Part shown: in pieces, positions 24,413-36,264 of the stretch
How positions within the stretch are numbered: position 1 is the stretch's first letter
How the letters are laid out: each line of letters starts with the position of its first letter
NCBI GenBank assembly: GCA_951406725.2
Contig: OX597816.1
Location: 176,204,001 to 176,268,000, forward strand
Source of the DNA: Octopus vulgaris
Lineage: Eukaryota
Direction: 5' to 3'
Length of the DNA: 64,000 bases
Position numbers and translations under genes: made by a program
Notes under the pieces: generated by a model
What the model saw: the letters and a program-made list of their open reading frames with translations, nothing else
Database searches by the model: none
Told to the model about the DNA's origin: nothing

Positions 24413-25091
24413 TCTCAACAGCCAGGAGGTATATACATGATCCCCTTTTTTTTAACAAACTTCATGTACTTTCATGTATTTATATTCATCATCATCATCA
24501 TCATCATCGTTCAACGTCCGCTTTCCATGCTAGCATGGGTTGGACGGTTCAACTGGGGTCTAATATACATATATAGGTGTGTGTGTGTATCCATGTATAT
24601 ATAACAGAAAAATCAGGGGTGATCCCTGCTGTACTCTTTCACCACTCTTTCTTCTGTTGGCCTGCTCGCTTAGCCAGCGGGGTGGCGTCATTCGAAGGCT
24701 AAAACAATGCAAACGCATTGTGACCAGCGATGTGTAACTACATCTGATGGACTGGTCGGTCACGTGATGTGACGCGATATATACATATATATATCTGTAT
24801 ATGCATATATATCATCATCATCATCATCATCGTTTAGCGTCCGCTTTCCATGCTAGCATGGGTTGGATGGCTCAACTAGGGTCTGGGAAGCCAGAAGGCT
24901 GCACCAGGCCAGTCTGATTTGGCAGTGTTTCTACTGCTGGATGCCCTTCTTAATGCCAACCACTCCGTGAGTGTAGTGGGTGCTTTTACGTGCCACCGGT
25001 GGTACTGGCAAGTTTATATAGGGTTGGCACACTGAAAGGTAGGTCTAGTGAGATTGTTGAGATGCTTGAACGGAGATGAGTTGATATATAC

Positions 25092-27931
25092 AGCTAGGGT
25101 GTGGCACTTTTTCACACAACTATCTTCATCTATTCTTACTACGTGTCCATACCAGCGTAGACGCCTCTCTTGCACACTACACACATCTGATGCTTCTTAG
25201 GTCCAACTTTTCTCTCAAGGTACTTACACTCTGTCGAGTATGAACACTGACATTACACATCCATCGGATCATACTGGCTTCATTCCTTGTGAGCTTACGC
25301 ATATCCTCAGCAGTCACGGCCCATGTTTTACTGCCATGTAGCATGGTTGTTCGTACACATGCGTCATACAGTCAGCCTTTTACTCTGAGCGAGAGGCCTT
25401 TTGTCACCAACAGAGGTAAGAGCTCTCTGAACTTTGCCCAGGCTATTCTTATTCTAGCAGTTACACTTTCAGCACACCCGCCCCCGCTACTGACTTGGTC
25501 ACCTAGATAACGGAAGCTATCAACTATTTCTAGTTTTTCTCCCTGGAATGTGGCGGAAGTTGGTCTCTGCACATTTTCAGTGTTTATTGCTCCTGAGCAT
25601 CTGCCACAGACAAAAACTATCTCTCCTAGTTAGCCTTCCTTTGACATTGCTGCACCTCTTATGTGTCCATAGCTTACACTTGGTGCATCTTATAGAGTTT
25701 CTACCTACGCCTTTTCTACAGATCGAGCAGGGCCATCTACCTGAAGGCGTTTGTGACTTGTCTACCTTCCTACTTATTAGGACTTTGGTTTTAGCTAGGT
25801 TGACTCTAAGGCCCTTCGATTATAATCCTTGCTTCCACACCTGGAACTTCTCCAGTTCTGATAGTGACTCTGCAATTAGAGCAAGGTCGTCAGCATAGAG
25901 GAGCTCCCAGGGGCATCCTGTCTTGAATTCCTCCGTTATTGCCTGTAGGACTATGATAAATAGGAGGGGGCTGAGGACTGAACCTTGTTGGACCCCTACC
26001 TCCACCCGGAATTCTTCACTGTACTCATTGCCAACCCTCACCTTACTAGCAACGTCCCTATACATGGCCCGCACAGCTCTCACTGACCATTCATCTATCC
26101 CTAGTTTCCTCATTGACCACCAGATAAGGGATCAGGGGACCCTGTCGAAGGCTTTCTCCATGTCAATGAAAGCCAGGTACAGGGGCTTATCTTTGGCTAG
26201 GTATTTCTCCTGCAGCTGTCTTACCAGAAATATAACATCAGTGGTACTTTTCCCGGGCACGAAACCAAACTGCATCTCATCTAAACTAATTCTCTCTCTA
26301 ATTAGTTGGGCTATGACCCTCTCCGTGATCTTTATTACCTGATCCAACAACTTGATACCTCTGTAATTATTTGTAACTAGGGCGTCACCTTTACCTTTCT
26401 AGCAGTTGACTATTATGCTGCTACACCAGTCATTGGGTATGACTCCTTCGTGTATCACCTGGTTAACTATACGGGTGACTAAGCTATAGCCGACACTACC
26501 AGATGTTTTGAGCATCTCTGCAGTAATTCCTGATGGGCCTGGGGCTTTCCCTGTCTTCATGCTTCTAATTGCCTTAACTACCAAGGAACTGTCAATTTGG
26601 ATAGCTGGTCCCTCTGTTGGGTCGATATTCGGCAGACTCTCTTTCTCCCATTCATTTTCTTTATTCAGCAACCTTTCATAGTGGCGTCTCCAAACCTCTC
26701 TCTTTGCATCCTCATTTAGCGCAAGTGTACCATCATCCATGCAAACACATTTCTCTCTTACCACATCACGATTCTCTCTCACACACTGTCTTGCAACACA
26801 AAATACCCCAAGTCTTTGGTCCTCACGGCGCATAACATTGGCAAATTTTTTCTTATCTGCTTCCCCTCTGGCTAAATAAACCTGTCTCCTAGCTTCTCTT
26901 TTGGCAGTCTGATACAATTCCCTGCTACCACCATTCTTCCAGTCCTTCCAAGCCTGTCTCTTTTCTCTAATAGCCCTGTCTACAACATTGTTCCACCACC
27001 ACGTTATTTTGGGTCGAGAGGGGACTTTGCACCATCCACAGATCTGGTCAGTGGCTCTCAGCAGGTTGTCTTGTAGAAACCTCCAGTTGTCTTCAACATT
27101 ATGTGAATCTATATCCTCATCTATTTCGTCAAAGGCTTCGAGTAATATGTCTCTAAATCTCTGTCCATTTGCAAGGTCTTTAAGCTTCCAGACCCTTCTT
27201 TTCCATGTTGGTCGTCTTCTGGTCATCCTCTTAGTCTTGATCCTAAAGTCACTCACTACCAGTCTATGTTGTGGGGTACATTCTTCACCTGGGAAGGTTT
27301 TGGCATTTATAAGCAACCATCTTTCCCTTTTTCTGGCAAGGATGTAGTCAATTTGGCTAGTATGTCAGCCCGATCGGTAGGTGACTGGTAGGTTTCCTGA
27401 AGTTTGTAATGCAAACCATAAGATCATTTGCGTCTCAGAACTCCAGCAGCCTGGTTCCCTCCTCATTCCGGGAACCATAGCCGTAGCCTCCATGTACACC
27501 ATGGAAGCCCCCGTATGCTGTCCAACATGTCCATTGAAGTCACCAGCCACAAAAAGAAGGTCCCTGTCGTTTGGCAACGAGGTAGTCTGCAGTAGGGTGT
27601 CATAGAATCGGTCTTTCTGTCCATCAGGTAGCCCCAGCTGAGGGGCATAGGCTGAGATAATGGTTGCTAACCCATGATGAAGCACTAATCTAATCCTAAG
27701 TATTCTGTTGCATACTCTGACTGCCTCAATTACCTTATCTACCCGTTTTTCAGCGAGAAGTATACCAACGCCCCCGACCCCGTCAGTGTTCCCTGCCCAG
27801 AAAATTCTTTGCCTGTGAGGAACCTAGCAGAACCTCCTCTCCACCTTACTTCTTGGATTCAGTATATATCAACTCATCTCCGTTCAAGCATCTCAACAAT
27901 CTCACTAGACCTACCTTTCAGTGTGCCAACC
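25092..27931 (-). mobile_element. near-complete RTE-clade LINE ORF (APE endonuclease plus RT), frameshifted
   Basis: VGTLKGRSSEIVEMLERR, SAYAPQ, AGDFNGHVG, PQHRLVV, KAPGPSG, QFGFVPG, FIDMEKAFDRVP, GVQQGSVLSPLLF, LLYADDL, FRYLG. A PHD-like Cys region is present; there are several frameshifts. Confidence 0.93.
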
Positions 27932-28343
27932 CTATATAAACTTGCCAGTACCACCGGTGGCACGTAAAAGCACCCACTACACTCTCAGAGTGCTTGGCGT
28001 TAGGAAGGGCATCCAGCTGTGGAAACTTTGCCAGATCAAGATTGGAGCCTGGTGCGGCCGTCTGGTTCGCCAGCCCTCAGTCAAAATCGTCCAACCCATG
28101 CTAGCATGGAAAGCGGATGTTAAACGATGATGATGATGATGAAAATATGACTTGAGTCTCTTGATGAAGACATTTCTGCTATGTTAATGTTTCCACCAAA
28201 TTTGATATGACTGCTTTGAACAAATATTACTATCTTATGGTATTTGAATTTCACTACTTTCATTGCAAAAAGATTAAATATACAATAATTGTTATTCTAA
28301 ATTTAATTACAAATATTGTAATTTAATTTCTTTGGTTTTCCAG

Positions 28344-28442
28344 CTGAAGTCACTTTAAGTGCCCTCAATGCACCCGAGAGTGATGTTGATATTGAAGGTT
28401 TAGGAGAAAGCTCTGCTTCAAAAAAATTAGAATTTGATTCAG
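28344..28442 (+). CDS. BAP18: BAP18 internal coding exon (absent from the ORF track)
   Basis: ttttccag|CT GAA GTC ... GAT TCA G|gtaagt. Phase 1/1. Encodes [33 protein letters not shown] (human [36 protein letters not shown]). Confidence 0.92.
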
Positions 28443-29170
28443 GTAAGTTAAATATCTGCTTTGTGACTTGACTAGCAGGTGTAAGTTTGTAGTAATTAAC
28501 ATTTACTTTGATCAGTAGTTATTGAATGTCTTTCCTATCACTAACCACTCGATTATTTTATTTATGCTTTACTGGATTGAATACGTTTACAACATTATAC
28601 AGCTCCAAAGAGTCACTGTTATATATTATCTTATATAAGGCGGCGAGCTGGCAGAAACGTTAGCACGTCGGGCGAAATGCATAGCCGTGTTTCGTCTGCC
28701 GTTACGTTCTGAGTTCAAATTCCGTCGAGGTTGACTTTGCCTTTCATCCTTTCGGGGTCGATAAATTAAGTACCAGTTACACACTGGGGTCGATATAATC
28801 GACTTAATACCTATGTCTGTCCTTGTTTGTTCCCTCTGTGTTTAGCTCCTTGTGGGTAATAAAGAAATAGTTATATATTATCTTATGTGGTACTTTCTTG
28901 TCTATGAAAGCTGTCTTATTTCATGTCATTGTTCATTGGCTTCACTTAACACTACCAATAAATGTCTTTTCCCACTTTACCTTTCAATACCTTCCCATTG
29001 AATGTAGTCACATTGTTTAGTCATGTCAGTGTAATTATATTCCTCTTAGACTTAGTTCTTTATTGCCTGAAGACATGTAGTCAAACATGAAATGTTTGTA
29101 TTTCTCTCTTGACTGGATAGAGATATTAGTCAGTGGTGAAATTTAGCAAATAATTAAAAAGCTACTATGA

Positions 29171-29459
29171 CAGTGTTTCTCAGCCTTGTGTAACCCTTAA
29201 AATAAATTACATGTCTCAAGGAACCCTGCATGAAAAATGTTTTATATATATATGGTTGTTATATTTTTTTGATAGCATAATAGGTTAGATAAAATGATGT
29301 CTATATTACAAAATTACAATAACCAATAATATGTTGTGCCTGTATAGTAATATTACAATCATAAAATTAGTATTAGCTTATCTCACTCTTTCTCTCAGAA
29401 TCCCTAGGAACCTTTTGTGAAACCCTAGGATTCTGGGGAATCTTGGTTGAGAAATGCTT
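29171..29459. mobile_element. hAT/Charlie-like MITE
   Basis: CAGTGTTTCTCAGCC ... GGTTGAGAAATGCT ends with internal GGAACCC motifs. No clear 8-bp TSD. Confidence 0.55.
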
Positions 29460-30853
29460 ATCTACTTACTTTAGTTTTCTTCTGCAACATGCATTAAATG
29501 AGAAATGTATAATATCATCTTGGACATGCTTGGAGGAATTCAGTTCTACACTTCAAGCCATTAAACATTATTGTTGCTTATACTGGTGTGATACAGTGAG
29601 TGCTGTTGACAAAATATGAACCACTCACCTAACAATTGGTTGTCTGAAACTACATATCTTCAAAGAAACTTTCATTTTCTAAATGAGGATTCCGTGCTTA
29701 AAGTCTTAAAACTAAATAGCCATAATAGAAATGGTATTCTTGCAGCCAGTTGAACTCCTCATTCAGTAAATTACCTTATTTACACTTGGCCTTTTGGATT
29801 GTTTAGTTTAGAAATAAAAGTTCTTATTTCAAATACCCCATACACATTTCAGAACAAGCCACCTGGTGGCAACTAAGATAAAAACTAATTGAAATATAGT
29901 GAAGATATAAACTCTAAAGATGGGGTTAGTTACCCAGAAAATTGTAATTTACTACTTCAATAAAACTAAATCAGTTGTGCAACAACTAAAGAGTTAATTT
30001 GAACTTCTTTCTTTGTGCATTGAAATAAGACATTAGCTGCCACCTGTCTGGATAATTAGAACATCCTCCGAAGCTTCTCAGGAATACATTTTGATGATGA
30101 AGGCATTATGTTGAGGTTTTAATATGAAACCAGAATATTATTTTTATTAGTCTCCTCTCATCTCTATAGTATCAACAGATACATAATTATTGTCTAAGTT
30201 ATTTAATTTAAGACCTTGGAATTATGAATGGTAATTGGAAACTACTTTAGTGGTACCAGAAAGCAGTAATTTTGGGCTGTACCAGTTCAAAGAGAAAAAG
30301 GGAAATGGTTCTTTTGTGAATAAAACTCTTGTTCTTAATGTATATAATGTAAAGCATTTTTCTGTCATTATCGTCATTGATTTTATGGCCCTTTTTCTAT
30401 ATTGACAGGACTTTTTGCAGTAGTGTATTATCATTGGATGCCCTTCCTAATAATTTGTTCCCTCTTGCATCATACTGGGCTGCAGTGTATCTATTCTGTA
30501 ATATAGGATACTTATACAAATTTTATCAAGAAACTGCTAGAAGCATATCCAACTCTGTTTAATTGTCATAATGTATAGTTGCTAATGCATTGTATATACT
30601 GCATTAGCAACTATTTAAATTAGTACTGATTGAAAACATCATCTTAAATACACTTAGTTTGTGTTATTCCTGCTAAACTATATCAAAATGTCAAGTTAAT
30701 TTCAGTCATTAATGTACAAAAGTATATTGCAATCATAATCTATCAATAAATCTGTTACAATTCCACAATGCTCAACTATTTCCAATGAAGCAACCTTCTA
30801 CATATTTGCTCTGTAAAAATGACCGTATTTCTCTTAACCATCACCATCTTTAA

Positions 30854-31072
30854 CCCCTTAGTATTTCAACCGGCCATATCCGGCCAGAATATTTCATCTG
30901 CTTTATGTTCAAACTGACCAGATCCAGGCTCTCACACCTACCCTACAATGTTATTCTACATTAAGTAATTACACCATCAAGATCTTGAAGATATGAGATA
31001 AAGCATGATTAATTCAAATCAATGGGAATCAATAGGCATTATGTTTGATAGAATAATCTGAACACTAAAGGG
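30854..31072. mobile_element. piggyBac-type MITE
   Basis: TTAA-CCCCTTAGT ... ACTAAAGGG-TTAA. A related right end occurs near 3434. Confidence 0.75.
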
Positions 31073-31610
31073 TTAAAAAAAGACTGATTGGATAACCTGA
31101 TCTGAGTTTTACAATACCTGAAAGAAAGGGATGGCGGGATCTTGTGGCTAAAATGCTTTTTCATGATCAGCACTCTGACTTAGGGTCAAATAACAACCAC
31201 CTCTACTGTAACTACTACTTCATACATTGTGGCTATATTATTGTACTTATCAAAAGTTACTTCTATTTTAATATTAGATACATTTCCACCTTCAGTTATA
31301 TTTTATCTTTCTTTGATTTTCTTGTTTTTAGACTAATTTATCTTTATTTTCTTTCCTTAAATTGAGGAAAGTGATGCATTTTTTAAAAGACACAGTTACA
31401 TGTTTAGAGTTGATAAAAAATAAATCTTTTAGATTTGTTTTATGTTATTTATTATATTGTTCTGAAATCTAACCTATAAGTCTAGATCCCTCCTTCTATA
31501 GGAAAGTGTGTATGTGTTACAAAAATAAAATAACCAATGTAGCCTCTATCATCCATTGATGGTGATCTTTACAAAAATAATGTAACATATTAAACTGTTT
31601 TCTTTGTCAG

Positions 31611-31633
31611 ATATGGATTCCAACTTGTTATGA
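31611..31633 (+). CDS. BAP18: BAP18 last coding exon
   Basis: ttttctttgtcag|AT ATG GAT TCC AAC TTG TTA TGA = DMDSNLL*. The phase fits the previous exon, it resembles the LDSGLL motif of the longer human isoform, and AT-rich UTR-like sequence follows. Confidence 0.75.
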
Positions 31634-31866
31634 AAATCTTGAGATGTAAGTGAAGGCGGTGTCCCCATCTGCTGGCCAGATCCCTTTATATATATATATG
31701 TATATATATATATAAAAATTAGAGGCATAGAGATAGTGACAACTTACTTCACATTGTACAGTTTTGTTTTTCTTATTAGAATCAAATTTCATGTCTAAAA
31801 GCCCATTTAAAGAAATGTATTTGTCAATGAAAAGGTGTCCTGAAAATGGCAGATTATTTCAATTTT

Positions 31867-31872
31867 AATAAA
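31867..31872 (+). promoter_or_regulatory. candidate polyadenylation signal of BAP18
   Basis: AATAAA about 235 nt after the stop codon with T-rich sequence downstream. The AT-rich context makes chance occurrence possible. Confidence 0.35.
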
Positions 31873-33925
31873 CTTTTTTTACAATAATGTCATATTTTTC
31901 GTTGCCTTTTTTTAATATATGTATATGTAAAATACAAAGTGTATATAATTTGATATATTTATATTATTTAATATCTTTGTATTTTTGCAATCTATAATGA
32001 ATTTATTGTAAAATATAAGAATAAGGAAGGTATGATGATGATATTAATTTATATTTGTAGACCTAAGACTATTTTAGTAAAATTAATGTAGGCCTAATCC
32101 TACTATTTTTTTATTCCTGGATATTTTATTAATCTGGGTGGGTTAGAAAACAATACTCAGTCGTAATTGTATTTGAATTCAGAAACTACTGAACTAGTTG
32201 ATATAATTCATCTTGTTGAGCTATCATGACTTAACTTTCCCAATGAGAATCCTCAATGTTAGCTTGCAGAGTTGAGCATACAACTAAGAGTAGAATTTGG
32301 GAGAGAAATAAGTTCTTTGAATAGACTAAGTTAAGCCATAATCCTCTGGTATTATTCTTACAACATAAAACTGTTGTGGGGCTCTTTTTCAATTTTAGGC
32401 AATCACTTAAATGAAGACTTAGCCACATAATTGCCTTTGCATAGAGATGTGTCATAGTTTTCATTCAAGATGTGTCATGGTTTTGATAATCATGCGCATA
32501 TGTATAGTACTAAGTTGTTTTCATGAAATTAGAGCTTGAATTATAAAAAAATTGTCAATTTTATCTCTGACACCTTAAATTTTGATTATGTTGTGTAAAT
32601 TCCCAACTAGCTAAGTGCTATAATATCTTTTGATGTAAACAATATTGAATATTTTATCGTGGGTTTTTCTATTAGATTTTTTTTCTTCATATTTTGATTT
32701 CTTGTAGTTAATTTATGAAAATTAGGTTTTAATGCAAATATTTTTTCTTGCAGGGAAACAAAATATTTAAAATGTCCTTACTACTACTACTTTCTTCTCC
32801 ACTCTCTTAGGGCATCAAATTCATCCTATCACAAGCAGATTTTGATGTCTTAACTCTACAAGCTGATTCTTACTGAAAAACTGAGATTTCTGAAATATTA
32901 GGATTTTTTTTAAATCACCAACTTAAACTATAAACATTATATGCATGGGGAAATGAAACTTGTAAATGCTGTGACTTTACTTTTGTAAGTATGTTCAAAG
33001 AAGAGAGGGTAAATTTCTGGAGTAACTTCTAACCACAAACTTCAGGAGTGAAGTCTGCTAGAGTTATTCTAAGAAGACATCATGAAACACATGTTACGTT
33101 TATTTTATTCATCATATTGGTTAATATTAGGTTTTAAATGAATGAAAAATGATACCTTTCAATCTTTTTATCTAAACAAAGAAAATCAAAATCACAGCAT
33201 AAATGGAACATAAAGTATCACTACTACCTTTATTTACAACAGTATCATCATCAAAAACAAAAGATATATTTAAAAAAAGTAATATTTAATATCAAATTGC
33301 CTTCAATATTTTCAAAATGAGGTGATTAAAACAAATATACTGTCACACATTGTGAAATTAAAAGACCATTATTTAAACAATTTTAACTGGATTTTTGGTT
33401 TTGTTTCTTTTAATCACTTTCTTTTTGATTCTTGTGTTAGTACTACAGAGTGAAACCTGTTACAATTATATTGTTATGGTACACTGATTTGTTGGCTGTT
33501 TTACAGTGTTTAAATCTGCTAAGTGGGCAGTGAGGGGTAGAAAGGATGGAAGATAAACACAATTTTCTTCATTGTTAATCAAGAATCTTTTAAGTATTAT
33601 ATATAGCAGAGTGTTATCTGTTACATGAAGGGTCACTTTAGAAGTATCCTTTTGCCACTGTGTTTAATATCATTCCATACACCCAATAGTTATAATGTAA
33701 CTTTTCTCAAGTTTTCTGTTCTTTTTACCCTTTTCTTGCTTAGATTATTCCATTTTGTAGATTCATGAAACAATTGAAAAAGACTTTACACATGCAGTTG
33801 AGTGATGTTTCTTTCAATCAAATAATCTGGCTCAAATATTGTAAATACGATGTGCTTGTTTACAGTTTATATATGAGCTGTTTAGATTTTCTTTTAGTTG
33901 TTCACAAAACCAAAATTCCTTTTAA

Positions 33926-34147
33926 CCCTTTTGTTACTGTATTTATTTTGAAATGCTCTGTGTTTCTTTCCATTAATTTTAAATATAACAAAGAATTTAG
34001 TAAAATAACTTACTTATCATTAAGCTTGTGTTAGGAACATAAATTGTGACTAAGGTTTGGTGGAAGATTTTAATTCAAAACTTATGAAAACAAGAAATTT
34101 GTACCACAGAGCCAGAGTCGGTTTTGGCCGGGTTGGTATCAAAAGGG
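33926..34147. mobile_element. piggyBac-type MITE
   Basis: TTAA-CCCTTTTGTTAC ... GTATCAAAAGGG-TTAA. Confidence 0.78.
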
Positions 34148-35837
34148 TTAATTGAAAAGGAAAGCAAATTTTGAAAGAATGATAAAATGTTTATGAGGGA
34201 TGTTTTCTGCTATTTTTCTTGTTCAGTTTTCAACAATTGAAAGGTGTCACATACTGTAACAATGCTCTTCAAGTCATGTGATGCTTCCACTTCTACTATG
34301 ATTGGCCAACTAGTTGTTACACACGGACCACATGGGAACTTTCTGGAATTCTGGAATGTTTTGAAAAATTCAAATGTATAGTGTTTTATTGCTATTGAAT
34401 GTAAAATATACTAGAAAATGATAATTAAGCTGGTTTAATTAACCTCAGTACACGTATACACTATGTGTGTGGAATCCCCAAATGTCTTTTTAAAAAATCC
34501 AAGTTTTTTTTGGGGGGGGGGGGGGCTGTACTTTACTGATCTTATATGTTTATAAAACGAAATATCTACAGTTTGATGCCCTATCAACTTTATTTCCTCG
34601 TAACTTTCCTAAAAAAAAAAGCTTATTTCTTTAATTGAAATTTTGCATTGGTACATTTTCTACAGTGTACATTAGGATTATAATTGATAATATTAACTTT
34701 TTTTTTCTGTGAAGTTTCAAATCATTTTCCCTGCCTTCCTGATTTTCTCTCCATATAATTCTTATTAACGTGCATATTTTTAAATAACATTGGATGGTGG
34801 GCACGTAACAAACACCATCCGATCGTGGCTGTGCCAGCCTCGCCTGGCCTCCGTGCCAGTGGCACGTAACAAACACCATCCGAGCATGGCCGTTCGCCAG
34901 CCTCGTCTGGCACCTGTGTCGGTGGCACATAAAAAACACCATCCGAGCGTGGCTGTTCGCCAGCCTCATCTGGCACCTGTGTCGGTGGCACATAAAAAAC
35001 ACCATCCGAGCGTGGCCGTTCGCCAACCTTGTCTGGCATCTGTGTCGGTGACACAGAAAAAGCACCCACTACACTCACGGAGTGGTTGGCGTTAGGAAGG
35101 GCATCCAGCTGTAGAAACACTGCCAGATCTGACTGGAGCCTGGTGCAGCCTTCGGGTTTCCGAGACCCCAGTTGAACCGTCCAACCCATGATAGCATGGA
35201 AAGCGGGCGTTAAACGATGATGATGATGATGATTTTTGTGAAATGTGTTTTTAAGAATGTAGATTACATAATGGTTAAATAAACCTGAAAAGTGATTGAA
35301 AAATGCTTAAGCTACAGAAATTGGTGGTAACAGAATCTGGAATGAGGCAGATGTTCTAAAGTTCCTCCCCAAAATATTTTTCTCAATTTTATCAACTTCA
35401 TCACAATCTGCATTGTTGAAAACTTATCTCTGCAAAGTTTCTGAAAAAAATGTGTATTTTTCAAAAGTTACAAGAATTAGAATAGATGGTGAGATACCAA
35501 AATGGAGTTATGCCTCTTTCTATCTGCCCTATAAATAGACACAGGCATGGCCGTGTGGTTAAGAAGCTTCCTTCCCATCATGAGTTCAATCCCTTAGTAC
35601 AGCATCTAGGGCAAGTGTCTTTTAGCTCAGCATTAGGTCAACCAAAGACTTGTGAATGGAAACTGAAAGAAGCTTGTTGTTTGTGTGTGTGCATGATAGT
35701 TCTAAGTAAGTTTATTGTCCATTTCCTGTCAAGTATGAAAATATGTCACTCATGGGAAATATTACCTTACATGGAAGCAGGTTAGAGTTGCATTTGGCCA
35801 TAGACAGTCCAACTCAGCAAAGTCTATCCAATCTGTA

Positions 35838-36264
35838 CATGGTTAGAATGACTGACGAACAACTTCCCAAACAGATCTTCTACTCCCAACTCAAAGACGG
35901 CAAGCGTACAAAAGGAGGCCAGAAGAAACGCTACAAGGACTCCCTGAAAACGAACCTCAAAAAGTGTGACATTAACTTCACCAACTGGGAGGAAACGGCA
36001 AAAAACAGACCACTCTGGAAAACCACCATCCATGAGGGAACGGTGACTTTCGAGTCGAAAAGGTCGGCAGAGCTGGAGGAGAAAAGACGACGACGGAAGG
36101 AGCGCCAACAACAACCACGTGCGACTCTCCCTTCTGGCACTAGATGTCCGCACTGCGACCGATCTTTTCAAGCAAGAATTGGTCTTATCGGTCACCTACG
36201 GACTCACCAGTAAATTTGTGCGAAGACCATCATCCTCGACCTTGAGGGATTGCCATCATCATCA
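35838..36264 (+). mobile_element. RTE (BovB-like) LINE 3' fragment with C2H2 finger
   Basis: RMTDEQLPKQIFYSQLKDGKRTKGGQKKRYKDSLK...CPHCDRSFQARIGLIGHLRTHQ*, followed by a short UTR and (CAT)n. Confidence 0.88.
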
